From Trichoplax adhaerens (lineage: Eukaryota; Animalia; Placozoa): 64,000 nt of DNA. The notes under the pieces are model-generated. The model searched no databases and was not told where the DNA came from. It was given only the letters and a program-made list of their open reading frames with translations. The position numbers were made by a program, and so were the translations under genes. Positions 27,201 to 41,250 of the stretch are shown piece after piece (the first letter of the stretch is position 1; each line of letters starts with the position of its first letter). Where the stretch lies: contig NW_002060956.1 in assembly GCF_000150275.1 (NCBI RefSeq), forward strand, positions 990,280-1,054,279, read 5' to 3'.

Positions 27201-30200
27201 AGAATTCGTAACTCAATAACATTAAGGTTAAATTAAAAATTGCATTAAAAAGTATTTTTGTCTATTTGCCCAAAAGTTCTTTATGATTTCTTTTAAATTG
27301 CAGTATAGTGCTTCGGCAATGTCGACTATTGATGCGTTGCTGAGTCGATTGCAAATATTAATTCATTAATTGTATTATTCGTATTGTAATGAGATATATA
27401 GATTCTACCTTAATTTTTAGACTTGCTATTATGTTGCTGCATGAATAGATCGTCTGTTTATTTCCCTTCCTTCGTTTTATATAAAATCTAATACTAGTCG
27501 TCCAATGTGACTTTTAATTGAACACATATTGCACTAGTACTTTACGTGATTTATTTATAGCCGCAGTCATAGATACAATTTATGATATTAGATATTGGAG
27601 AAAAAGACGTAATGTATCTATTTCAGCCTTTCAATCATAGACTGTTTGCAACTTGCATGATATTGTAAATTTTGGGGATTTTGGCATTACCCTACCGTCA
27701 CAAGGCATACACCTTAAAGTAAAGTAGAATATGTAACAATTGCATGGCTTATACATAAGATTTATACACCTTTTTCTCGTTGCTAGCGAATAATTACGCT
27801 CTAGTTGAGTTAGCAATTTAAATACGTACACAATTATCAAAGCAATAAAACAGTTCACTATAATATTTCTACCCACTATCAGCCATTAGTATGGCACTAT
27901 GAGAATATCTACAGTAAGTTAACTGTAATTTCACTGCGATTATTGGATTGAGTACAAAGTTGGCCACTGATACAGTAAAGCATTAAATGGCGATCATACG
28001 GCTATTGCAGGCAATGAAATGAGTCGTCTAAATCTCGTTTAGGGATTGCATTTTACAGCTGGCATGTTGAGATGATTACATTGGGATGCAGATTTATTTG
28101 ACATTTCCCTCAAAATCTTAGCTTATGAAATTGGTAACCGCTTTGTGTTATTTGTAAATTAAAAATTAAAAATTTACATTTATTATTTCTTAAGATTTGC
28201 CATAAAGTCGGGATAGAAACTGACTTTATCTAATTAATAAAGCGATGGATTAATAAGTAGTCATGGGACCTCTGTAGTCTTGGATAAATAACTATATAGA
28301 GAGAATCTAACGGAAGTAGCAAAATAGATTTGTTGTAATTCGTAGTTAGCACCGTACTTGAAGAAGGTTTAATTTGCTTATGAATAAATATGAGATGCAG
28401 TACGAATTGATTTTCATTTAATTTAATAAAATCAACATTATAGCGAGTATTCTTTCTGTAAATTATTTATGCATAGTCATTACGTGATGAGCTCGATGTA
28501 AACTCCATATCAGTATACAATTAATTATTTAAGGTAATTGCGTGTCATAAAAATATCAGAATACATTAGTCACGCTAGTAAAAAAGACAGATAGCGCGTG
28601 ACGATACCTCTTATTAAGGCTACCTCCTGTGATTCCGTCATAGTTTTTTAAATATTTTATATATCTTTTTTGTTAGTTAGCTACCTGGAGTTGTATTATA
28701 CAGTGCATGGGAAAAATATTATTATTTTGATATTATAACGATATACTATATCTACAGCGTGATAAAAAAATAGCACATTCAATATAACGAGAGTATTAGA
28801 AATAGGACAAAAATAATTAATAATTAACTGTTAATACTGACTTGTAAGCTTGGCAAAACTTTGTTATTGACAGATGAAAATACTATATTACTCAGTTTTG
28901 TACAAGTACATACATCAGTTAGATCTGTAATCAATAAGACAGCTCTACAGCATGCTCGAGATAACATACTCTGGATCATGGTTCAAGTTATAGGAGCCGA
29001 TAATTTTGATTAGTCAAAGAGAGTTCTAGCTTGAAGTTTTGAGGATGTTTGCATTTACTATATGTGATTTAATATAGTTGGTGGTAGTTTCTAACTTTCT
29101 ATTATTTCCTATCATAGAAAACAGAATAAATTTCACGTATAGCCTTTCATAACAATTATAGGCACTATGCTGTATTAAATAAACTTTTATAAATAGGATA
29201 ACACATGCTTTGATGCCCCAATTCTATTAACGTAAGCTATGTAGATATTCGACAGTACGTTTTTAAACAACCCAATCTTGATTTACCCAAATCTTTCTAT
29301 GTGACCCTTTCGAGAAAAACGTAAGTGGAACAAATTTAAAATCTACTATAGGTCATTAGTACAAAAGATCTATCAATAATTATAATTCTTTAGTAACATA
29401 AATCAGCCGAGATAAAAAGTGATAACGTAGCTGCATTGAAAATTGAGGCTTAAAGCTAAAGCTAATAATTACGATGTTGTTATTTATTATGGGATAAGGC
29501 AACTATGGCTCTCAATACTTTTACTTTTAACGATTTATTGAAATCCCTTCACTCTTACTCCTTATAACGTTAATTTGGCAGTTGTTAAAAATAACTGTAG
29601 GCGAATTTAATAAAGTTAAATCAATTCTTTGCTTTCAAGTGCCTTTACTTAGCGGGAAAATCTCAGCTACCTACGAAAACTCCTTGGCAAATAATTTAAT
29701 AATCTCTAAAAGGTATGCTTTTTCATTTCTTATATTGCATTCATGATTGGAAAAGAAAAGTTTATTTGCTACAGGAATAATACTGTGGACTATTTTAATT
29801 CGTGATAGCAATATCTCGGATTAATTTGCTTTTAAGCACAAAGTAACTAACCATAGCCGATTAGTCAACTCTTAAGGCCAATGTTATTTGCGTTCATAGC
29901 ATAACATAATACTAAATCTAGTCAACATTCTGCTAGACCAGAGCTTACTGAAATTTTATGCAGGTATGAAAGGTAATAATGAACTGGTTAAAAGCATGAA
30001 TCTATAGGAACTACGTTTTAGCAAAAAAATTAAGTAAGCAGATATTTTCTTATCCTGGTATAAAATAGAAGATATTGATTTGATAGCGATTTTAAATTGA
30101 ACCCATTAAGTAGATATAATACGAATTTAGAGCTGTAAATCACGTTATAGGATTTACGAGATGTAACATTTAAATCTAGAAATGGTAACAACTAACTTTC

Positions 30201-33200
30201 AATATTTTGGTGGCAAACATTGATTTTTAATAAAGTATCATAATATCTTACTATTCCTACGTAGAAAGATTTCTGATAACGCACACGTCAGTTAGTGTTC
30301 TGTTTATTTTTAAAAATTATAATACCTCAGTACTTAAAGCAAGATAAAAGTTTACATTTGCTAACCTTAAAGTTTTATTAAAAGTTATAATCAAAATTCA
30401 GGATATTTCACTAGCAAGCTTTCATATAATATGTAGAATGAAAAAGTGGGAAATAGGCAACCGTTTCTGAGATTTACGATCCTATAGCGTCGCCTAGTAT
30501 CCATCTTAAAATATACTTAACTTAAGCTACTGAATTAATTAGCATAACTAATTGAAGACTCTGGTCGCGATATGCTTTGTGTACCTATTTATTGAATATA
30601 AACTTCAAATATATAGTTTTTTGTTAAACTATTTTGTCTACTTGACATTTACTGCAAAAATGCATTTAGTTATATTAGTACTTACCATAAGCTCTCTTTA
30701 TTTTTCTCTCCCTTTTATCTCGCAATAAAATTACTTAATTTAAGTTTCACGTCTTAATAATTATCGTAATCGTTGTATTGAGGTATTATCTACTTAATGC
30801 CATTACAAAATAATTATACGAGCTTCACGAATTTCTTTCTGTAAGATATTTAGAATGATGCTTTATCATGACAGAAAATAAATTAAAATCTTTTTTGCTT
30901 TGTCAATTGTGTGCTTGTATTCCCATCAGTAATAGTATTTTTTACCGGTACTAGCTACGAATATTTCTCATCACTTCATCATCAATTTTAGTAGCTCTAT
31001 AAATTGGCAGCTTATTAGCCTACAATACGCTACACCAATTCATTATAACAAACCAAAAGTATATATATTTCGATCGTTTTATATCGTCTGTGTATTCTTA
31101 ATTTTCGATAACGTAGAAATAAAATTTCTATTACTTTCAACGGCTGTAAATAATATTTTGATTTTTGGTAATTACCTACAGAGTGATTGTTCGTGAAAAA
31201 AAGGGGAATAAATGCCCAGTTTTTTACCATTTAACCTAAAATAATTAAAAATAGGTTAGAAGAAGTACTTGTTAACAAGTTGAAATACACCTATTAATAT
31301 GATTCAACACTGCAATGAAAGCTCTCAATTATTTTTTATACTACAAGATTATAAATATCATCAAATTAATATTGTATATCAGCATTACTCTTAATCTGAT
31401 TCTTCTTCAGAAGTAAAACGGATTCTGTATGCTTTTAAAGTGATGAAATATTAGAAGATTCTAAAGATATAGAAGAATATATACTCTAATATGTACTCCA
31501 ATGTAATAGCTAAAGCATAGTAGAATCTAATACTTGCATATAAATATTTACAGCAGATAATTATAATTTATATATTTGCTCTCAATGTAATCTTAAGTTA
31601 CATTGAACTAATGATGGAATGATTAAAGAATCTTCCAAACTACTTTCTTCTTAATCAATGCCTTTACTGCTAGTTCGCCAGCAAGATGAACTTATTTGTT
31701 TAAGTATTTAAACCTATTAGATTGATAACAAAATTGGACTACCACAGAGGAAAGTTGATAGTTGGAAATCAGTAAATAAAAAAGTCAGAGGTGAAGCAAG
31801 TCGAGTCATGAGAGTTTATGATAAAGAATGAATAAGAAATGTTTTTATTATGGATTAGCAATAATACTAATGAGTTTTAGAAGTAAGCTTACTAGTACAA
31901 TCGAATAATATTTGATAAGAATGACGGTACCTCTCAAGGAAGCAATATCTTTATTCTAGAATATGTATATCAATACCGATTAATAAATGCATAACCACCT
32001 ATTGATTATGATGATGATATCTAAATTGTCAGCGGTGGGGAAATCTGATCATATTGATAAAGTAAACATAAAGAAGCTGCTAAGACATAATAAAAGCTTT
32101 GAGAATCTATATACTTGCCGTTTGAATTAATCTTATTAATCATATAGATTTTGCTGATCAGTTGAATGACTTTTGCATATTAAAGAAATAAGGGAGAGGA
32201 AGCTACCTACTTTCATTTATTGTCCTTTTCATTATGGTAAGTAAAGAAAAGGATTGTTATAATGGAATGCCACATTAATAGACAATCTGCAATAGCATTA
32301 GGTTCTACAGTATATAGTGAAAAAAGTTATTGCGGAAGATAGAAACCGCCGCTTTAAATCAATCTTTCTATACATAATTTTAGTGATGTTGTTAGCTGAT
32401 TAGTACTACTAGCGCCATATTCTACTTTAGCCAGTGTCTTTAAGTCTTATTCGTTACTAAAGTCTTGTATTTAGGTGAATTAAATTCATCTATTAAGAAG
32501 TGATCATAAAGGGAGAAAATTTAGGAATTGCAATTATAAATATTTACAGGCAAGTTATTATCTTAATAGATATCGATTATGTCGTACGGGCCTTAAATCT
32601 TTTAAGAGACTAACAGTTTCTTTATTATATTAGTATTATAACGAGAACCGAGTAAAATTCTCCATTCTACTAGAGAGATACAATTTTATAGCAATGTAAC
32701 TCCATTTTTATCGCTAAAATCATGTAAATTTATTTCATTTTTCTAAGTACGAGCATTAGACCATCTAGTGAATAAATAATGTACGATATTTTCTCTTAAA
32801 GACTAGCTCTTAAAATGTATTCATAAAATACTAGCTGTTGTATAGCACGGCTAAAACTAGTCATGAAAGAATTTAAGACACTAAATTTCTCATATTTTGA
32901 TAAGTATTTATTGTTGTAATCTACGATTAAAATTCGATTCTTTGTTCTATCACGGAAACTATTTGACATTTTTAATTCTTAAATACGACTTTGTAGTACT
33001 ACAATGGAAGCTGAAATTATTTATAAAGTTGCCTCCTATATATCTTGCACAGTCTATTTCTCTGATTATAAGATATTGACTACACTACCCTTACATCATC
33101 AGGGTGCCATCAGAGTGTTAAATTTTAAATTATAATGCACTATAAGTCAATATGGTAAATCTAGCTCATAAATTTTTAGATATAACTTAGCTAGCAATTC

Positions 33201-36200
33201 CCCTTTTCGAGGAGAGTCTTGCTGTGAACTATTAGCTACGGTGTAGCTTTTGTCTTGAACATCTAACCTAATATTGCAAGGATTTCAAAATTGGATTAAT
33301 TTTCTATTAACATTTACTTAAATTTTAATATGCTACCAGCCGAGACTGGTCTGCAATGAAAATTGGTGGAAGGAATTCACAATGAGAATGTAAAATTTCT
33401 TAATATTAAATCGATTTTATGATTAACTATTCCGAAAATTGTTAGCAAATGCGATTTTGTATCTTGAACATCATTTCTGATTTAAAATAATTAGTACGGT
33501 TTTCGTCTAAGATAAGATCTCAACCAAATACTTGTATGACTATGATATTGTTTCTATAAGTACTTAGCAAAAATTAAAACAGATCGAGTTAGGCGGAAGA
33601 TTGCGTGAATCATTTCGGAAGCAACGTTATACTCTTCACATATACCGATTTTATGTTCTGTATTCAGAAATTTACCGTACACCTAATGACTACTCTAATA
33701 ATTAGTAGATCTCTCACCAATGCACTGAGGCACTAGTAAAGCAACCAAAGCCCAGCTAATAACCAAATGCCTTTATTGATATATCTTGTATCATGGAAAC
33801 GCGAAAAAAGTTCCTGTTTGTTGTATAGACGTGATACTTTTTTTTAAACTACCGGTCAGAATACTCTAGAATCAAATCTGGGTTTTTATTAGCCTATGAG
33901 GTGAAATTAATATCGTTAGTTTGCTTTAATTAATTTCTAATTTACATAGGTGAATTAAAATCATATGATTGTTATATATGAATTTCAATTCCTTATTTAA
34001 TTATCAATGGTGCTTAATCTGAGATGGCATTGCGATATTTACCACAAATCTACAGGCAGTAATGGAACTCTTTATGTTATATAAAATAATGAATAAATTC
34101 AGTTGTTAGTAAGTCATAGATCAATAATGTTTTGCCCTTTAATTATTAGATAAGTTAGTATAGTATAAAATATAGATATTACGTAAATCAAACTGGTGAG
34201 TTTGTGTTTTCCTGTAAGTATGAAATTTTGCTTAATATGAGAATCAATTTTATCAATGAATAGCGTGTCTTCAGTCCGTATTATGCCGCGGTTGCTTGAA
34301 ATACATTTAAGTGTCCCAGCCATTATAAGTTATTCGTATATGATGATCATTGTGGAGTAGCAAGATATCTATAATCTTTAGATTTCTAAATTTTAAATTC
34401 AGTAACAGATCAATGTGGCTATACTAAATCCAAATTAAATAGATATCTACGGTATTGTTGTAGTTTAATGACTGGCAAGAACAGACGTTAACTACGCTTT
34501 CGGCCATTTTTAAGTAATCTATATAATCAAGTCTTGAAATGCAATGTCTAAATTCATATGTTCGATTAAAATGGTTTCTCTATTCTACGCGTGTTACATT
34601 AGTAAAAAGTAGATAAGTTGAGCTTTTCCTAGTATTTGTTATTGTCAGTCATATTAACTTGTAATGTACTCATAATGATCGTAGTTAGAGGCGATCTATT
34701 AAGCTAAAAATAAAAGCTTCCTTTCTCACAATTAAATGTAATGCTCGCATGCTTTCATTGTGGCTGTATTATTAAATTTTATTCAAGTTTTTATCATATA
34801 ATCTCATATTTCATTTCTTGCATTTTTTAAACGGTTGTCATCTGTTTAGCACAAGCAAAAGTGAAGGAATTGATTAATTTAGTCTGATGTATCTGTTGAA
34901 TTTTTAACTATTCACTCCTTATTAATAAATAGATTATAGCTGGTATTACCTATACTGGTTTCGTGATCGAATTAAGATACCTTGTTCTCAACTGATTCCT
35001 GTGTCGCTAAAGATTTTAATTTTGAAACAAATTAAGCAGCTTGAAGGGTTCGATTCGCGCGCTATCGGATTCTTGCGATAAGTTCGGTAGCATAAACATA
35101 CAGAGATATTAAAGTATGGATACTTAATTTTTAAGATTTAACTATTATATGCGTAATATCTTTTACTGCTTTCCAAAATGTGAATACCAGTATCAACTAC
35201 GTGGGTGGAAAATTGACGACTTTATAGGATTGAATTTCAGATATACTTAAGTAAAGTTCATGTCTTATTTGTAAATAATTCAGATAATTGGTATTGCATG
35301 TATATAATTTTTAGCGTTCTGACAATAGAGCGAATTTAAGATAGATCTTAATATAACGCAGAATCTCTAAAAGTGCATATCCTGAGGATATTCAATTTGC
35401 CCAGTCAGCGATCTGCATAAGTAATGCGATTTAACTGGATAATGGAAAATTTATAATTATTTATTGGAATAGTAAAAAACGTATCTTTTCTTAGGCCTAC
35501 GATGAACTGACAACGCGAAAAACAATGTTGAAATTCATATCCTGTTGCTACTACAAACCTATTATAGTTATAGAGTAGTTCTAATAAAGAGATTTTATAG
35601 ACACATTATCGATTCATTTTTATGGCTATTATCTCTATATGGTATAATGGCCTTTATTGAAATATGTTCTGTAGAATCTATTCTTGAGAACAAATTGAAT
35701 AAACAGGAAGGCTTGTCAGAGTTTCTCTATAAAATAATTCCGCAAGTTCTTTGTCACTGGAATTAAAAGAAAACTTTACTGTAACGGTCGTAGTTAATCA
35801 ATTAGACTATTGAAATTATTTTTAACCTAAAATGAGCTGATGGCAAGGATATCGTCATCTTTAACAGTTTAACGCGTAAACCAGGCGAATGCATTGTGTT
35901 AACTTCATAAGATTGCAGTAGTAGATATTCAATTCTTGTATGGCTAATTCTGATTATTAAATAATTACTGCTTTTGTTAATATGTCTCTCAAGATCTGGA
36001 TTATCGCAATTGTCTTAACACAGGTTCAATATTATTCAAACTTGATTATGCTTTCAATGATACAGTATATACAGGTCCAATCTTGTTATACTTTATGTCC
36101 TTTGAGCATTTTTTAAAGATGATGAAATACGGTAAGACTTATGTTATACAGTACTTTAACCCTTATAAATATTTTAATTGACAGAATAAATATATATTGT

Positions 36201-37821
36201 ATGCTTTCATTAATGATGATTTTGGTTAATTTATGCTTAAATGACTTAAGAATTCTTAATCTTACGATTGCATCCTGCGTACTTACACTCCTACGCTTAT
36301 TTGCTATATAGTAATCGTTTAACAGTGTATTACATGATTTCATTCATGAAAAACTCCTGTCAGTTCATTATTAAAGGTAATATTTTAATGTTATGTATGA
36401 ATTTTTCTTGTAGTTATGCCTACATTTAGTCAGCTTAAGTAATGAGCTAAATTTATCTTTTGTTGCCATTTTATGATAATTTTATCAGTTAAAGCCTGAA
36501 TGAAACGAAACTATCTTAATGCACCGAATAAATTCTCATACAGTTATATATCTACATTTACATTTCGTTATTGAGCCAACTTTATATGATTTCATTAAGC
36601 CTATGGAGTAAATCATTTAGTACTAATAATGAGGCTATAAATATTCATCGTCCAGAAAAGGAAATAATATTTCGAGTATAGAAAAAAATTTCATCTATTC
36701 TTTAAGATATCGTAATGATTTAATGTATAGCTGAGCCTAATTGAGAATAATCTATGCATTCTTCTCACTATCCGTGTTACCACTATTGCTTTTTTCTATC
36801 ACTTAATTTAGCTTGAATCTTAGCAAGAAATCGGACTATCTGTAAATTATTAATGTAATATACTAAAATAATTATTAGTTATTATTATTTTCTTAAGTTT
36901 AATTCTTGAAATTACTATAGGCTATATAAAATTATTGTGATAGAAGAAATTTAATAATTCTTTTAAATGGGATTCTTAATTTCCTCACGAATACGAAAAT
37001 ATATTGCTATCAATATGTTATACTAGCGTTACCGCCACTAGTTTTATGCAATGTATGTTAAAGTACGACAATCCAGCTATAAAATATCGTAATCAATAAG
37101 TGCAACTGCTACCACTTTGCATCTTTAAGGATTGATAAGAAATTATGATAAATCAACCCTGGAGCCAAATAAACTGAATAAAATCTCTAGAAAGATATAG
37201 TTTGGGATTGAAAGCAATAAGTAGTTCAGGCAATTTTCTAAGTATAGTTTATTAGTTTAGAACGCTAATAGTGGTATAAAATTTGTTATATACTCTATTT
37301 AAGCCGCATTTATCAATTTTAGTTGCGATTCAAACTTTTGATTATATCTGATGCGATGATTCAAAGCAATATTAATTCTGTATTTAGGTTCACTTCCGCT
37401 GATGAAAACCTATCAAGTGATTAAATAACAAAGCGAACTAAGCTAGGAGGATCTTAACAGCAAATTTAATAAAGTTCTATTGTAAAGTAATAAAGTCAAT
37501 AATTGTGGAATTCTGAAAGAATTTTCTTCTGTATTACTGATGAAATTGCCTTTTACTGAACAACAATAGTAAAATTTGTAATGCTTGTATATCAAATAGT
37601 TAATACATTATTTAAATATTTAAGAATCGGGCATATAGATGTGTATTTAATATTCCTCCATTGCTTCTATTTTGTTAGGTTGTTATCGAACTTCCTATGC
37701 CACTGCATTATCAGGACTATCGTTACATCCTCACTTATTGAAAATGCAAACATCCTGTATGCGTATGAATACTGCATAATTTATAAATTGTAATGAAATG
37801 AAAAGTGTAGAGATCAAGCTA

Positions 37822-38725
37822 TAAAACTTTAATAAACTTTGATTCTACTTTCGTTGCACTCCGGTCGACTTAACGAAACTTTGATACCAAAGAAAATTTG
37901 GGAAACAATCGAACAACAATTTATTACAAAAAAAAATGGAGAGAAGCATAAACCGAACAACCTTACAAATACTTAACTTTAAGTATTAATAAAATAAGTG
38001 ACAGACTTAAAAACTGTCAACAACCAAACAACCTTTCAAAAAGAAGAACGTTTTAACTTCCGACAATTCGACCCCGAAGGCCTTTTAAATTCAACAAGTT
38101 CTTCAAAAGAATCTTCTTCTACTCTCTCCCTAAATTTCCTAATTGCACTATCATTCATAGGCTTCGTAGAGCCGTCAGAGGTATTTAAAACTAAACATTT
38201 ACTAACCAGTTGCTCTTAAGATCCATTTTAGAAAACTACTTTGCACCATTTAAGAAAACAACAATCATTCAAAGTTCAGACACAATTCAGCCTATGATTC
38301 CCTTACAAAACATTATAAAACCAACAAGTTAACTATAAAATATATCAAATTTCACTTCTAACATAATTTCTATCATCAATACATTATAAAAGTCTAACAA
38401 TTAACCTTTAAACATCAAGATTTAGTCATAAAAATAGCAGTCTAACTACTTGACAATCAATACAACCTCTGCCAATTTCCATCTTATTCTCTATTTTCCT
38501 AACTAAACTTTCCTAACGTGACGTTCATGTCACGTCATAAAATTCCAAAGTTTCAAATTCATAACAAAAAGTTCAAATTTCAAAAACCAACTCTTACGAT
38601 ATTTCCCATAAACTAAAATCCAAAAATTAAAACAGAAAAATTATAACAGATAAATTAATACAGAAAAATTGTAACAGATAAATTCGACTGGTTCCGGAAT
38701 CCGAAAAATTCGGATTTTATAAAGA
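37822..38725 (-). mobile_element. Probable non-autonomous rolling-circle element (Helitron/Helentron-associated type), ~0.9 kb
   Basis: Abrupt G-poor/C+A-rich skew on +. Right end reads A|TCTTTATAAAATCCG on minus (TC start) with hairpin AATCCGAA-AAA-TTCGGATT (38698-38716). Left hairpin TTTCGTT...AACGAAA (37849-37878). Imperfect subterminal inverted repeats CCGGTCGA (37861-37868) / TCGACTGG (38684-38691). Internal 14-bp tandem repeats. Boundaries approximate. Confidence 0.55.
38632..38687 (+). repeat. 4 x 14-bp tandem repeat (ACAGAWAAATTNNN), alternating two unit variants
   Basis: acagaaaaattata / acagataaattaat / acagaaaaattgta / acagataaattcga. Confidence 0.85.
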
Positions 38726-40971
38726 TCACAGTAATCGCTTATCAAAAAATTTTATATGACTACTACGACTACTTTTTCTGACATTAGTATCGCTGAGTAT
38801 TGACAGTTGATGTTTTAGCGTCAAGTTGTACGGTAACTGTACGATTATAGACTACATTACAGTACTTTACTGTCATGTTGTTATAAAAATACCCTTTCTC
38901 TATGGATAGGGTTTTGTTACTAAGTCAAATTCATTTACAATTTGAATAGACTATCAAACGCACTTTCTTTAGATTAGGCAATTACTCTAAGGCTACTTCG
39001 CTAGTAATCTATATAATACCTTGTAAAATAATGAAGAAGAAAAGATGGCGACATGATGATTTAGCAGGGTAAAGCTTGAAGACACTATCACTTTATAGGT
39101 ACTTTCTATAGTAAAATAATACTAGTTACATACTAAAAGCTATAAAGGACTCTACTTTTAGTCCTTTACTACAAAATGATTCTAATCAATTGATATATCA
39201 TGATGTTATGCCTTGATGATAATTTGGATCATTGCTGTAGTTATATTCGTGCTTGGATTAATAGCTCTATATTACATGTATAAGAAATTGAATACGGTAT
39301 TGACTGAGTTTTGCTTATGTAATATACTTTAAAGATGGACATTTTTAGCATAAGTATTATTAAGTATGATACTAAACAGATATTTCAGAAATGAAGGGGA
39401 CTGAAAATGATGAATAATCGTATTTACAGATAGTGAGTCTATTATATTGTGAATTATCTAACTTGTTTTAATTATAATTCACCCTTGTTTATGATGTAGA
39501 TATCATCAGTCCATTAATCAATTAGCTAATCCTTAAAAATTATTTTCGATAAGAAGAATGCTTGTAAAATGAGGGTAATTGATTTATAAAGATCAAGATT
39601 TTTATTCATAATATTATTAAATAAGTAATAAAGCTCTAAAAGGGTTTCGTATAAAACATTTCCGTTCCGCGTTGATTACTGATCAAAAATTTTCTTAACA
39701 TGATTTATATGTGAAATTTACGAAATATAACAGAAATAAATAGGTGAAAAGTGAACCGTAGGTGTGGGTTTTATTTCGCTTTCAGATTGCAATTATTAAC
39801 GAGATTGAGTTATTTACTTCGTTTTTTCTATGTAAAAGAACATCCTGGAATAATTATGATTAATGCATGCATAAAACTTCATTAAGAAAGATAATAAGAT
39901 ATTTGAATATTTACAGATTCTTAATTTGGAAAAATTGCTTAAGGATAAAAAAGAAAGCATACAAATATTAGGTAATTCGGGAAAATATTGATCTATTATT
40001 CTCATTTATTAATTTACTTTTGGCATCGTCTGTTCTAATAGTTAATATTATTTACGTATTTGATATGCTGATTGTTAACGATATATAAAATTTTTAACAC
40101 AATAAATATGCTGAAAGAGAAGAACATTAATGCAAAAGAATAAATCCTGGATACAGCAGAGAAAAAATGAAAAATTTACAGTTATCCATTATAATCATTT
40201 CTTTCTAATATTGGCATATTACATTACGTAACAGTCAGTAAAAGAAAATGATCTTCTAATTAGATAATTTCACTTGATACGCAATTTTCTAGGATATTAT
40301 GATAATTTGTTTGAATCATTGGCTAAAAAGTGGATATGACTAAATACTTTTCCAATTTTTAAAGCAAAAAATACCCAAATTACGGTTGTTTTTAATTAAA
40401 TTATATTTGTTTTTGCAAAGCATTATTCTAACACAATTAGTATTTGTATACTATAAATATAGCCCAATTGGAGCCATCGTAACAAATCCTTCCGTGTTAG
40501 ATCAGGGTCATAGAAATAGCCTATCTAATATGAAGATCCTAATATCTGAGATGCTTATTACATAGCACGCCATTAAAACAATATTTAAAAGATCAAGTGT
40601 GATTATTGTATAAATTCTTTACAAACTTATCATAATTCAGGTTTTTTGCAGTTACTATACCATCAAATTATTTCGAAAGTATTTTGACGTTGCTAATAGT
40701 ATGATCATCTTATCCAAAAGATTATTTTGTTTATGATTCCTAAGATATAGCTCTTTACAATACTACGTTATGTAAACATTACGGCTAAAATCTTAATCCT
40801 GGCTAATCCCGGCTATTATCCATAACAATCGACTAAAATCCTAAATAGGAGTGCACAAATCTACTATAGTTTAAGAATTACCATTTGCTAATCAGAAAGA
40901 AAACAAACTTCCTTTACTTCTTTCAGCTTAATAGTAGACACTTTTGAAGTGCAATCGACCGATTCATATGA

Positions 40972-41250
40972 CTAGTGAACTACCCGTTCAAATGAACGGG
41001 AATTATACTCCACACTAAATGCACTCTTAATATTTGAGAGTTGATCCTGTTATCTGATTGAAAATATTGCTGATGCAATAACAAGACATTCAATTTTGAT
41101 TTATTCGTTTAAATAGGAATTTAAACTATGATATGGGCGACTAAAGCCCAAAATTCTGATATTTTGCCCTAAATTCAGACTTTAGCCAACTATTACGCAT
41201 AATAAGCGAGGCCAGGTCTTAGCCAGATCATATATATATTGTTGTATAGA
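40972..41250 (-). mobile_element. Non-autonomous Helitron (~280 bp)
   Basis: On minus: A|TCTATACAAC...CCCGTTCA-TT-TGAACGGG hairpin, 7 nt, CTAG|T. This gives the canonical TC start, 3' hairpin, CTAG end and A/T target with no TSD. The 5' boundary is less certain than the 3' end. Confidence 0.7.

Noticed and set aside
25550-28140. Two mildly GC-richer, enhancer-looking patches (~25550-25960, ~27880-28140)
   Set aside because: Impression only; short TF motifs are ubiquitous here and no conservation data are available.
35047-35056. GGTTCGATTC tRNA B-box
   Set aside because: No A-box, cloverleaf or acceptor stem around it.
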